Shown here: piece by piece, positions 41,809-54,431 of the stretch
Numbering within the stretch: the first letter of the stretch is position 1
Layout: each line of letters starts with the position of its first letter
Origin: Octopus vulgaris
Lineage: Eukaryota
Length of the DNA stretch: 64,000 nucleotides
Assembly (NCBI GenBank): GCA_951406725.2
Contig: OX597824.1
Span: forward strand, 68,572,001-68,636,000
Direction: 5' to 3'
Program-made: the position numbers and the translations under genes
Notes under the pieces: model-generated
What the model saw: only the letters and a program-made list of their open reading frames with translations
Database searches by the model: none
What the model was told of the DNA's origin: nothing

Positions 41809-41812
<4 letters not shown>
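41566..41812. repeat. Near-perfect 247-bp palindrome (foldback)
   Basis: Arms 41566-41686 and 41691-41812 around a 4-nt loop acgc; one mismatch and one 1-nt indel. Confidence 0.95.
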
Positions 41813-41858
<46 letters not shown>

Positions 41859-41979
41859 AGACATAACAGAAGTAAATAGACACCCCATAAAACATAGTTT
41901 TATGTTTATTTTAACTTGCAAAAGTTTATATTTTTTATTAATTGACATTTTTATGTTTCAGATTCTATATGTGACTGTT

Positions 41980-42478
41980 TAATCTTACCATGTACAAAAG
42001 AAGCCTTGGAACTGTCTGAATTTGAAAGGAGCCGCTTTGTGTGTCATTCTGAAGGTGGACATAACGTAAAATCGCAGTAAACCTTGGGATCCCGCTTTCT
42101 ACAGTTAATAGAGTGATTGTGCAATTCACCAGAAAGGGAAAGAGTCCACATCACTTCATCCAGGTCAACCAGGGCCCTCTGACAGGGCCCTTCTCTTTCT
42201 TAAGAGAAGTGCGGAGGATAATCCTCGTTGCAAAGCTTCTAACATAGCAGAACAAGTTGATGTCAGTCCCTGAACAGTTGTCAGGTATCTTCACAAATCG
42301 TGAAATGCCTGATTAGAGGCCCAACTTTCTGAGTTCTTTTACAGGGCTTAGAAAAACTGCTGCACCGTTGCAATAAGAGGGTGAATTTGAGAGGGGAATA
42401 TGTTGAATAAAATCATAATTAACTGATCCTCTTGTATTTTCTTTTACCCAAAGTCAGAGAGTTTTAACACACCCTCGT
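41980..42478 (+). mobile_element. Tc1/mariner remnants (N-terminal HTH fragment and mariner-type 3' end)
   Basis: ELSEFERSRFV-like start; VNLRGEYVE-stop followed by TIR-like ttttaacacaccctcgt; similar 3' end at ~13985-14147. Confidence 0.55.
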
Positions 42479-42485
42479 GTGTGTG

Positions 42486-42529
<44 letters not shown>

Positions 42530-42552
42530 CATACATACATATATATATACAT

Positions 42553-42948
42553 AGGCGTAGGAGTGGCTGCGTGGTAAGTAGCTTGCTTACCATCCACATG
42601 GTTACGGGTTCAGTGCCACTGCGTGGCACCTTCGGCAAGTGTTTTCTACTATGGCCTCGGGCCGACCAAAGTGGATTTGGTAGACGGAAACTGAAAGAAG
42701 CCCATCGTATATATGTAGATATATGTATGTGCGCGTGTATATGTTTGTGTGTCTGTATTTGTCCCCCCCCCCCACATCGCTTGACAACTGATGCTGGCGT
42801 GTTTACGTCCTCGTAACTTAGCGGTTCGGCAAAAGAGACCGATGGAATAAGTATTAGGCTTACAAAGAATAAGTCTTGGGGTCGATTTGCTCGACTAAAG
42901 GCGGTGCTCCAGCACAGTCAAATGACTAAAACAAGTGAAAGAGTAAAA
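42553..42948 (+). mobile_element. SINE family B
   Basis: Head-to-tail match to family B. Confidence 0.9.
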
Positions 42949-43062
42949 TAGTATATACATATAAAATAGTATATACATATATATATATATATATGATGGA
43001 TCGGTAGCCACTACGCACATTTTTCTCTCCTTGTTTCTCCCCTTATTTTTTTTCTGTGTCCC

Positions 43063-43096
43063 TTTCTGTAGAAGAGCGTAGGCTCGAAACGTAAAA
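43063..43096 (+). ncRNA. Minimal hammerhead motif in a PLE-type terminal repeat
   Basis: ttt-CTGTAGA-agagc gtag gctc-GAAA-cg-TA-aaa; core A6 substituted. Confidence 0.5.
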
Positions 43097-43748
43097 TACT
43101 TTTTCAATTCCTGAACGTTATACTAATACATCTGTTTGTTTTGTACACCACCTGTCTTCGTCTTTTGTTTTTTTTTTTCGTGAACCCCCCCCCTATATAT
43201 ATATATATATACATACACACACGCAAACACACACATGCACACACACACACACACACACACACATGTATGTATGCACGAATATACAATCAGCAAATGGTTG
43301 GTGTTCGTGTCGAGACAATTACTATTTGTCTGGCTTGGTAACTGCATATATAAGAAGAGTAATAAAGCGTAGTACGATGTACAGCAAAGAATCTACACAT
43401 TTTCTTCTGGTACGAATATTGCTCAGTTGCAGTAGAAGGTGCAATAACATCGAAATCGTTGACATCTTCAGTCGACAAGATTATTAAATTAATGTCTCGG
43501 AATGTCTGCTGTATGTAGAATATTAATCACATGAAATTAGTTATTACATCATTAAGAAGGAAAAAAAGGTCGCTTCTGTGCTTGTGATCTGTGTATCTGT
43601 CTGTCTGTCTGACTGTCTGTTTGCTTGAATGTCTGCTTGTCTCTCTCTCCCTGCCTCTGTGTATGTATGTATGTATGTATGTATGTATGTATGTATGTAT
43701 GTATGTATGTATGTATGTATGTATGTATGTATGTGTCTGCCTGCCTGC

Positions 43749-43833
<85 letters not shown>

Positions 43834-43901
43834 AGTATGTCTGTCTGTCTGCCTACCTACATGTCTGTCTGTCAGTTTGTCTGCCTGTCTGCCTGCCTGC
43901 C

Positions 43902-43958
<57 letters not shown>

Positions 43959-43994
43959 CCTTGCCTGTCTTTCCTTCTTTCTGTCTGTCTCTGC

Positions 43995-44052
<58 letters not shown>

Positions 44053-44057
44053 GTATA

Positions 44058-44150
<93 letters not shown>

Positions 44151-44151
44151 G

Positions 44152-44194
<43 letters not shown>

Positions 44195-44727
44195 TTTTCT
44201 ATCAAGTTCATAAACATAAATCCGAAAAAAGAGGCTTCTCTAAGTTATAGAGCAGTATAATTAAAGTTAGATAAGGCCGGTTTATGGGATTACCTTAGGT
44301 TTAACGTCTATAGAGGGCCTGGCTTTATGGCGTATCATCAGATCGCAGAAACCTGTTGGCTAAAGGCCTCTCTAGTAAGTGACCTCTCTAGGATATGGAG
44401 GAGGAAATGAGCTCGTTACTCAATGTCAACAAAGGAGATTGTCTCTCCTTGACTATCGATTGCCGATGTCAACAAAGTAGGGTGTGTCTCTTTGGCTATC
44501 GATTGCCGATGGCCATGCTACCTCGTGGGATCCAATAGGCTAGAAGGAATTTCTTGAGATGCAAGCACGGTCCAAAGACTTTCGTTCTTGAGTTCAGGAT
44601 GTTCCCTTGCTGGAGGGGTCCTTTATGATCCTCGCCCGTTCCTGTGTGCATAATTTACAGCGGTCGGTCCCGTTAATGTATGGGTTTGGATTCTCTAGGA
44701 TTCTCCCTGATACTGTGAATGGAATAC

Positions 44728-44960
44728 TTATTTCTTTACTGCCCACAAGGGGCTAAACACAGAGGGAACAAACAAGGACAGATAAACGGATTATGTCGAT
44801 TATATCGACCCCAGTGCGTAACTGGTACTTATTTAATCGACCCCGAAAGGATGAAAGGAAAAGTCGACCTCGGCGGAATTTGAACTCAGAACGTAACGGC
44901 AGATAAAATACGGCTACGCATATCGCCCGGCGTGCTAACGTTTCTGCCAACTCGCCGCCT
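44728..44960 (-). mobile_element. SINE family C inserted into the PLE endonuclease
   Basis: 8-bp TSD tggaatac at 44720-44727 and 44961-44968; removing it restores the reading DGIPFTVSGRILENPNPY. Confidence 0.9.
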
Positions 44961-47053
44961 TGGAATACCGTCGTCTGTTAGCTGCCATACGTGGCTGGCT
45001 AATGACGTAATGAATCTCCTTTCCGGTATCCTTAAGGAGAATCTGTGGTTGTAGAGGCGTTGTTCGAACGAATTCCCGGAACAGCTGATGTGTCTCCTTG
45101 GTCGGGTGTGGGCGGTGGTGTATCTGTTGGCATCGGTGCCGTCGTTGTTGCCGGGACTGGCGCTGTTAGTGCTGGCGTTGCTGGTGTTGGTGGCGTTGGT
45201 GCTGGCGCTGTTGGTGTTAGTGTTATTGGAGGTGGAGATGGTGTTGGTACCGCCAATGCCGATGTTGGTAAAGTGCCGTTGGTAAAGTGCCGCCAATGCC
45301 GATGTTGGTAAAGTGCCGTTATGGCTATCGCTATTGATGGAGGCAGTGTCATTGCTGTTGTGGATGTCATTGGTGATGTCTCTACTGCTATTTCCGTTAG
45401 GGTTGCTGTCGTCGCTGTTACTGATGTTATCGCTGGCGATGGCACTGCCGTTGCTGCTATTGGGACTGTCGGGCCCTCTGCTGAAGACGTAGCCGTTAGG
45501 TAAGCTGCTGCTGATGCCGCTGTTGTCATTAGGGGTACTACAATTGCTGTCGTTGATGTTGTCGCTGGCGATGGTGCTGTTGGTTCTGTTCGCGTTTCTG
45601 CTGCTGCTACTATTGGTATTGACGTCCCTGCTTCTGTGGTCACCGTTAGGGGAGCTGCTGATGTTGCTGTTGTTGTTGTTGTTAAGCAACAAGACGGTTA
45701 AGGGTGATTAGGTGATGGTCTAGGGCTTAGGGGCGGGAGACCCCAGACCTTGAAAAAAAAAAAGAAAAACTTTGGTCGTCTTGTTGTAGTCGAGGGCTCT
45801 TCGTTGACACCCAACACCACTGGGAGGTGACCCTCGAAGTCGCTGAAAATGGAGACCTCCAGGTCCAAATTCTTGGATGGCTGCTGTTGCTGCTGGGTTG
45901 GCCAGTACCTCTGCTTCGTAGACTACTACCTTGGTTTCGCGGTGGCCCCTCACTGGACAGCTATTGCGATCCCTGCACGAACATCCTTCCTCCGCTCGTG
46001 GTCTAGAGGTGCTAAGTAGAATGCTCTTAATATTATGGGCACGGCTAAGAGAGACCCTAAGGTTGTGCCTGTTGAAAATGCGTCCGTATCTATCTGAATT
46101 AGTGAAATGTTTATCTTATTAACTTAAGGAATATCCTACCTGCAGGCGTTTATACGTTAAAAGAGAAGTGGGGGTCAAACCAAATGATATTTCTATGGTA
46201 CTTCCTTCTGCGGATGTTGGGGCCCGGCATGTAGGAGATGCGGTTCTTTAATCCGCTAGCAGCTGGGGCCTCGTTATAGTAGGAGGCTGCTGCATCAAAA
46301 ATCTCTTGGCTGGAGGAAAGGTTCGTGATCCTCTTACTAACACCCTTCACCAAGTTTTTGAATACGATGGGTGGGTGACAGGATGCTGTATTGATAGACT
46401 TTAGCCTCTCATTTGGCTTGCGGTAGGGCCTGTATGTACCGGAGCCCAAGTCGAGCGTGATGTCTAAGAAGTCCGCGGTGGTGAGGTTTGTCTCGATGGT
46501 GAGTTTCAGTCCCATGGAGGCAAGTGTACTAATTACATCTTTCCTAAGTGTGTGGCCGATAGCTCCCCTTGAGATGACCAGGGCGTCATCTCTGTTGAGA
46601 CCGAAGAGGACGGAGGGGAACATTTTCTTAAGTGTATTAAGGGTATACAACCCGATAAGGTCTCATACATCAGCGCTGACGTAGGCCCCCATCGCTACAT
46701 CAAAGGAGCCTACGGGGTCGAACTGCTTGACCCAGGTCGAAACTTTATTGGATAGCACTGTTTTCTTGCCGTGCAAAATGACGTCTATATTCCTGTCGCT
46801 AATACCAGTGGATCTCCAAGCGAAGTAAAGTGTCATGCCCAGTAACCCTTTTGAAACAGACAGGTAAAAATCAGCTATGTCAAACTGAGTGAACCTTGCT
46901 ATGCCTCTCCCCCTGTTGGTGTTAATGTTGACATCGGCGATCGATAGCCAAGGGGAGACAATCCCCTTTGTTGACATTGAGTAACGAGGTCATTTCTTCC
47001 TCTATATTCTAGAGAGGTCACTCACTAGAGATTCCTATAGCCGATAGATTTTG

Positions 47054-47112
47054 AGACCTGAAGATACGCCATAAAGCCAGACCCTTTATAGATGTGAAAC
47101 CTAAGGTAATCC
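47054..47112 (+). ncRNA. Hammerhead motif in PLE pseudo-LTR (mirror copy at 44287-44345, minus)
   Basis: CTGAAGA-tacgccataaag...ctttatagatgt-GAAA-cctaagg-TA-atc; the mirror copy has CTGATGA but TAAA. Confidence 0.6.
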
Positions 47113-47461
47113 CCAAAACCAGCCTTATCTAACTCTAATATATATATATATAAATATAGGCTAATATTGGTAAAATGAGACATACATATCTACATGGCCG
47201 AAACAGCTGTAAGATGTAATCTATACTTATATTTATATTTACTTATATTTATATTCTCTCTTTTATATATTTTCTACTTATTATACAACATTGCTCTTTT
47301 ATGTACACTTTTTTATGTACATTCCTTTGTGAACACTGATTTGTTCTGCTTTTTTATGTTTAACCCGACAGTCTCTTATGTGGTGGTTTAATAAAGTATG
47401 TGATTGAGTATTATCTGATAATTGATATTTGATTTAGATGTATTTCTCCATTTTCTTATCT

Positions 47462-47508
<47 letters not shown>

Positions 47509-47655
47509 TATACTATACTATACTATACTATACTTGTACCCTTGTTTCTCTCGTTGTTCGCATACCAAAGTTTGTCTTCGTATATCATGTTATTTTCATA
47601 TTTCGTATTTCATGTTGTATTCGTGTTTCATATTTCATGTTGTTTACGTATACGC

Positions 47656-47686
<31 letters not shown>

Positions 47687-47731
47687 TGTATGTATGTATG
47701 TATGTATGTATGTACGTATGTATGTGTGTGA

Positions 47732-47771
<40 letters not shown>

Positions 47772-47869
47772 GTATATACATATATGTATGCATATATGCT
47801 TATATATATATATATTTTTTTTTATTTATATTATTATATGATTGAACGCAACGCATCCATTTCCAAGTA

Positions 47870-47917
<48 letters not shown>

Positions 47918-48625
47918 TAGATAGATAGATAGATAAAGCTATAAATAGTTTGTAAATATTTGGATGACAAACCTATTTGTACAGAAGTCGAAGGTTTTTA
48001 TAGCTTTATCTGATGTGCCTCGAGAATTAACGTTCCAAAAAAAGAATTCTCTATATGTATGAATGTATATATGTATGTACGGATGGACTTATGTATATGT
48101 ATGTGTGGGTGTGTGTGTGCACATGCGTGGATGTGTGGGCGTACGTAGGCTTGTGTATGCGTGCACATGTGAATTTGTCTTTTTGTCTCTCTCTCTCTCC
48201 AAACACCGTTTGTCTAGCAATGTTGGTTTTGGTTTGCAAAGGAGAACAATATAAAAGATGGAAGACTCCAGTAAGCCCTGCCAGAATCGATTTGTTTAGC
48301 TGAAGCCATTTAGTGCTCCAGCGTGGTCGCAGTCCAGTGACTAAAAGAAGTAAGTGACTTAAAGTATCGAAACGACAGCAAATTTGAGGTGAAGGGAAGA
48401 TCGATACGATCCACTCCGGTACATGACTGGTGCAATATTTTACTGGACATCGGAAAGAAGATGGACAAAGAAGATCTCGGTGTTATTTAACATATATTGC
48501 AGGGAATTTTTCTGACTTTCTCGTGATTCTGAGCTGTGCGATACAAATTTATAATGGGAGAAAAGTATTCAAGCTGAGAGTCAATCTCTGGATACACCAT
48601 TAGGCCTTTAATATTCTATACGAAA

Positions 48626-49018
48626 GGTAAGGCGGCGAGCTGGCAGAAACGTTAGCACGCCGGGCGAAATGCGTAGCCGTATTTCGTCTGCCGTTACGTT
48701 CTGAGTTCAAATTCCGCCGAGGTCGACTTTGCCTTTCATCCTTTCGGGGTCGATTAAATAAGCAGCAGTTACGCACTGGGGGCGATATAATCGACTTAAT
48801 CCGTTTGTCTGTCCTTGTTTGTCCTCTCTGCGTTTAGCCGCTTGTGGGTAGGAAATAAATAAATATTTCGTCTGTTTTTAAGTTCAAATTCCTCCGAGGT
48901 CGACTGTGCATTTCATCCTTTCGTGATCGATAAATTAAGTACCAGTTGCGTACTGAGGTCGATCTAATCGACTGACCCCTGCCCTAAAATTTTGGGTCTT
49001 GTGCCTAGCGTAGAAAAG
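48626..49018 (+). mobile_element. Composite (dimeric) SINE family C
   Basis: 16-bp TSD aatattctatacgaaa at 48610-48625 and 49019-49034; body repeated twice. Confidence 0.9.
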
Positions 49019-49204
49019 AATATTCTATACGAAATATAGAGATGGTAATGTTAATGTAAATACTATCAATTATAAAGAAATCTGTGCGGAAGATTCGGAG
49101 TTTTTCAGAAGTTATCTCCCCTGCAAAATGGGTGTTTGTGGGAACTGTAAAGTTATGTCCCTTCATTTGGATGCCGTTTAGTCGTTTGTCGAAATATTTT
49201 CTTT

Positions 49205-49592
49205 TCTGTTCTAGGCACAAGGTCCGAAATCTTTTGGGGTAAGGAGCCAGTTGATTATATCGACTCCAGTACGCAACTGGTACTTAATTTATCGACCCTA
49301 AAAGGATGAAAGGTAAAGTCGATCTCGGTGGAATTTGAACTCAGAACATAAAAACAGACGAAATACCTATTTCTTTACTACCCACAAGGGGCTAAACACA
49401 GAGGGCCAAACAAGGACAGACAACCAGATTAAGTCGATTACATCGATCCCAGTGCGTAACTGGTACTTATTTAATCGACCCCGAAAGGATGAAAGGCAAA
49501 GTCTACTTCGGCAGAATTTGAACTCAGAACGTAGCGACAGACGAAATACCTCTAAGCATTTCGCCCGGCGTGCTAACGTTTCTGCCAGCTCA
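49205..49592 (-). mobile_element. Composite (dimeric) SINE family C
   Basis: Same dimer architecture on the minus strand. Confidence 0.85.
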
Positions 49593-49610
49593 CACTAGTC
49601 CTCCTAAATT

Positions 49611-49886
49611 CAGAGAGAATTGATCCTCTTTCCTCCTCCTCCCCCTCCCTCACTTTATATAAATAAGAGTTAAACTGGATTAATAAATCCAGGCAGATAT
49701 CTAGAAAGCACTCAGTGTTAAGCGAACATGGTTAGCTATATCAAACAATCAGTTACCAATACATTTAAAACGAGTTAATGTCCAAGATAATTTCTCATGT
49801 ATGCCTATTAGATCCAAATATCCCCTAGAAAATTTTAAAGAAATGTGGAGTAACTGACAGCATGAACATGAATGGAGAAAATCACA
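49611..49886 (+). repeat. Dispersed ~276-bp repeat, second copy at 57778-58054
   Basis: Near-identical cagagagaattg...atggagaaaatcaca at both sites. Confidence 0.9.
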
Positions 49887-49938
49887 CTTGTCCTCCTAAA
49901 TGGTCCCTAACTTACTCTTTCACGCGCACGCACGCACA

Positions 49939-50129
<191 letters not shown>

Positions 50130-50268
50130 GCATAGTTTAATTTAAGTTCTTCTCGGGAGAGTTCAAGTCGGTCACTAACAAACCAACAAGAGTTACTGAG
50201 TTAAGAAAGTTCCCGGTGCTTGTAAACATGTGGTTGAGTTGCATGCACCCATGTGTGTGCATCTATTC

Positions 50269-50299
<31 letters not shown>

Positions 50300-50932
50300 T
50301 GTATGTATGTATGTATGTATGTATGTATGTATGCATGCATGCATGTATGTATGTATGTATGTATGTATGTATGTATGTATGTATGCGTGTGTATGTGCTA
50401 ATGTTCGACTGACGTGCACGCCTGCGCGCAGGTATTCGGAGAAAGTGAGGAAAGGATAAATTTGACGGTAATCATTGAGTTACATCAATATATTAAGTCT
50501 CCTGTTTATTTGTACTGCTATCATAGAACAAACAGAAGATGACTTGTAAATGTTACTAGTGATCTACACTGTTGTATCCAACGAAAATTAGCTTCGATTC
50601 TCGTGGTATACGCATAAATCAGAACTGAAAGTATGTTTATTCCCGTTAAAATTCTTAAATTCTCTACTATATAATCTTAATTACCTCCCTTACATTCACA
50701 ACAACAGCCAGGACAAAAGTTCTCTCCCTTACTTATACCGCCTATTCTTTATTGCAACTCCGTTGCTTACAAAGCAATCTGAGTGACAAGAGAGCGTCCG
50801 TGGAGGCTTGTTGGGTTGAATTCTACAAAAAATTATTTTTCGAAAGCACTACTTTGTCTGATATGTACCTGCCAGTCAAGTGGTTTGATCTGAGTCTGTG
50901 TTTAAACTAAAACCATTTCTGCATGAAAGACA

Positions 50933-51176
50933 CATGTTAGCTATTCAAAAATGCAGAACGTAGCTTCACTTACACATTTATTCTTTGTTATATGGTGTCG
51001 CCATTTTTTTTTTGTGTCGTGAACTGCGACTTGGTCACTGACAAGATTATATGTCATGTAATGTTATCAGTGGCCAAGTCGCAGTTCATGTGATGAAAAA
51101 TGTTGACACCTCATAACAAATAATAAATGTTTCAGTGAAATTAACAATCTTTCTATGATTTTGAATGGTTAGCATG
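50933..51176. mobile_element. Imperfect foldback/MITE-like palindrome
   Basis: Inner tgaactgcgacttggtcactga pairs with tcagtggccaagtcgcagttca; outer catgttagctattcaaaa pairs with ttttgaatggttagcatg. Confidence 0.7.
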
Positions 51177-51800
51177 ACGCATCAAATCTTAGTCGTATTA
51201 GTTTATCATTTTTCTTGTAGATATTAATTGTTCTTGGTGATAGAAGTTATACAGCTCAAAGGAGGATGAGTCATTTGTGTTGCGAAAAAAGATATCAAAT
51301 TACTTTAGTTGTGATGTGTAATTTGTCTCTCAATAAACTGAATATCTGTACTTAAATTTTGTTTTTCTTAGTTCCTTTCTTCGTGTGAGGGAAATCAGTC
51401 CACTAGTTGTCTTTATTTGGTCCAATTCCTTGCTCCAGTCCACTCAGCAGTGAATAGGTAACCTTGTGACGGACTAGCCTTCCGATCAGAAGGAATGTTG
51501 ACCTGTTCACCTAGGCAGAGTGTTGACATCATCTGAAAGCTAAAACGATGCAAAGTGCATTGTAATCAGCGATGTAGAAGAATATCCGATAGTGTTGTCG
51601 ATCACGTGACCACATGATTTAAAAAAGATAGTAAGTATTAAATGTAACCGCTTCACAAACATGGTTATGCTAAATAATTTTGAAGTGAACCAGAGAGAGT
51701 AGATAATTAGTAAATATCTAATTTTATGTGGGGTGGTGCAGGGCTAAAGATATTTTAAGCTCCGAAACTGTGGTAAAAAGACCTATGTAATAATTAGATC

Positions 51801-51835
<35 letters not shown>

Positions 51836-52865
51836 CACACATACATACATACATACATACATACATACATACATACATACATACATACATACATACATGA
51901 GACTATAAAAACTTGCAAGATCTTGAGATTTCTTCGCGGCCTTGCTATCATGTAGGTGGCCAGTCAAGATTAATTCCAAACTAAAATGAGAAAGCGAACC
52001 CCTCTACACACACACACACACGCACGGATATATGCGCGCGTGTGCATATGTATATAGAAACAATAATGCACATTTACAACAATAAAAGCAAATAAGTGTA
52101 TATTTAATTTATGGTATTTGATATTCACCAATGGGAAAACGGTGAGCTGACAGCATCGTTAGCACACCGGGCAAAATGTCTAACCGCATTTCGACCCTCT
52201 TTACATTCTGAGTTTAAAATTCGCTCAGGTTGACTTTGTATTTCGTGGTCGAAAGAATGAGTACCTGTTGAGCAATGGATTCGATGTAATCGTTAATCTT
52301 CTTACCACGAATTTGCTGGCCTTGTGCCCAAATTTGAAGCCACTATCCATTTATCCGCCTTCACGGTTCAAATAAATGCCTTTGACCATTTTGTGATAAT
52401 TATTTCACTTAGCTCAATTTATTTGGATTTATCCAGATTATCTCGGCTATAAGAATGTTCTACTTTAAATTAAATAAAGTAGTACAAAGCAGCCTTAAAT
52501 AAAATCTATTTTCGTTAAACGTTATATTGTATGCGTTCAAGTGCATTCGGACATGAGAAGACCTTCCGCTGCACAAATATTCCTCTTATACTTCAAGTAT
52601 ATTGGGCTGTAAATGTAGCCATGAATCAGACGGCGCATTTGTTTCTGCGTTCTTTCTCTTCATCAACTACGAATACCAAATTTTGTCATTCACGGCTCGC
52701 AGTAGATGGTCTTCTTACGTTTTAATACTCTCGAATGTGTAAATGTGATGTTACACGAATAAGTTCTACTTTATATATTTTAAAATGTATCATTCAGTAT
52801 GAATCAAAGAAGAGTGACACCCTTCAAACCAGGAACTTTTCAGCACCCCTTGTGTGTGTGTGTGT

Positions 52866-52905
<40 letters not shown>

Positions 52906-53282
52906 CGTGTGTCCCTCCAACGTCGCTTGACAACCGATGCTGGTGTCTTTACGTTCCCGTCACTTAGCGGTTCGGCAAGGGAACCCGATAGAATAAGTAC
53001 TAGGCTAACAATGAGTAAGTGCTGGAGTCGATTTGCTCGACTAAAGGTGGTGCTCCTGCATGGACGCAGTCAAATGACTGAAACAAGAGTAAAAAGAATA
53101 TAATTGATATAGTCTGTCTGTTCAGTTTATCTAAACAATCTACTTTTGTGTAGTTACAAATATTTGCACTGTAAAATCTTTCAAGGGAGTTAAATCTTTC
53201 AAAAAGTGAAAGAGTTATCGAACATAATAACCTGAAGTTGTGCTGTTTGCGACAGAAAGACTTCAGTATTTTACGTGGCCAA

Positions 53283-53985
53283 GGTGGCGAGCTGGCAGAA
53301 ACGTTAGCACGCCAGGCGAAATGCTTAGCGGCATTTCGTCTGTCGCTACGTTCTGAGTTCAAATTCCGCCGAGGTCGACTTTGCCTTTCATCCTTTCGGG
53401 GTCGATTAAATAAGTACCAGTTACGCACTGGAGTCGATATAATCGACTTAATCCGTTTGTCTGTCCTTGTTTGTCGTCTCTGTGTTTAGCCCCTTGTGGG
53501 TAATAAAGAAATAGGTATTTCATCTGCCGCTACGTTCTGAGCTCAAATTCCGCCGAGGTCGACTTTGACTTTCATCCTTTCGGGGTCGATTAAATAAGTA
53601 CCAGTTACGCACTGGGGTCGATATAATCGACTTAATCCGTTTGACTGTCCTTGTTTGTCGTCTTTGTGTTTAGCCCCTTTGCCTTTCATCCTTTTGGGGT
53701 CGATAAATTAAGTACCAGCTACGCACTGGGGTCGATGTAATCGACTTAATCCGTTTGTCTGTCCTTGTTTGTCCCCTCTGTGTTTAGCCCCTTGTGGGTA
53801 GTAAAGAAATAGTTATTACTTCTGTCCTTACTTTCTGAGTTCAAATTCCGTCGAGGTCAACTTTGCCTTTCATCCTTTCGGGGTCAATAAATTAAGTACC
53901 AGTTGCGTACTGGAGTCGATCGAATCGACTATCCATCTCCCTCCAAATTTCTGGCATTATGGCATTATGCCTAGAGTAGAAAAGA
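53283..53985 (+). mobile_element. Multimeric SINE family C (about 4 bodies)
   Basis: One head followed by repeated tttgcctttcatcctttcggggtcga modules. Confidence 0.85.
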
Positions 53986-54431
53986 ATACTAGGATTTGGT
54001 GAGGAAGCGAGCTGGTAGAATGTTTAGCAGGCAGGTCAAAATGCTTAGCAGCATTTTGGCCGTACATACATACATACATACATACATACATACATACATA
54101 CATACATACATACATACGTACGTACATAAATACATACATACATACATACATACATACATACATACATACGTATATCGTATTGTAAGAGTTGCGATGGTGG
54201 GAGACAAACACAGCCACACAAACACACACACAGACACGCATACATACATACGAGGGACTCCTTTCAGTGTATGTCTACCAAATCCACTCACAAAGGTTTG
54301 GTTGGCCCGAGGCTACAGCAGAAGACACTTGCCCAAGGTGCCACGCAGTGAGACTGAACCCGGAACCATGTGGTTGATAAGCAAGCTACTTACCACACAG
54401 CCACTCCTATATATATATATATATATATATA

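Larger units (their letters stand above)
44260..47138 (-). mobile_element. 5'-truncated Penelope-like element (RT plus GIY-YIG pseudogene) bounded by inverted pseudo-LTRs
   Basis: RT motifs FDIADFY, FDVAMGAY, GLNRDDAL, YRPYRKPNE, SCHPP; EN motifs CPVRGH..VVYEAEV, FEQRLYNHRFS, CKLCTQE, LNSRT..PCLH; 44260-44473 is the reverse complement of 46927-47138 (~80% identity). Confidence 0.9.

Noticed and set aside
44886-45692. 268-aa Asn/Ser-rich ORF as a host gene
   Set aside because: It lies inside the PLE, runs into GIY-YIG motifs and ends in a SINE.
53283-53985. Regularly repeated motifs resembling a CRISPR array
   Set aside because: They are SINE multimers with repeated, not unique, spacers; eukaryotic context and no cas genes.
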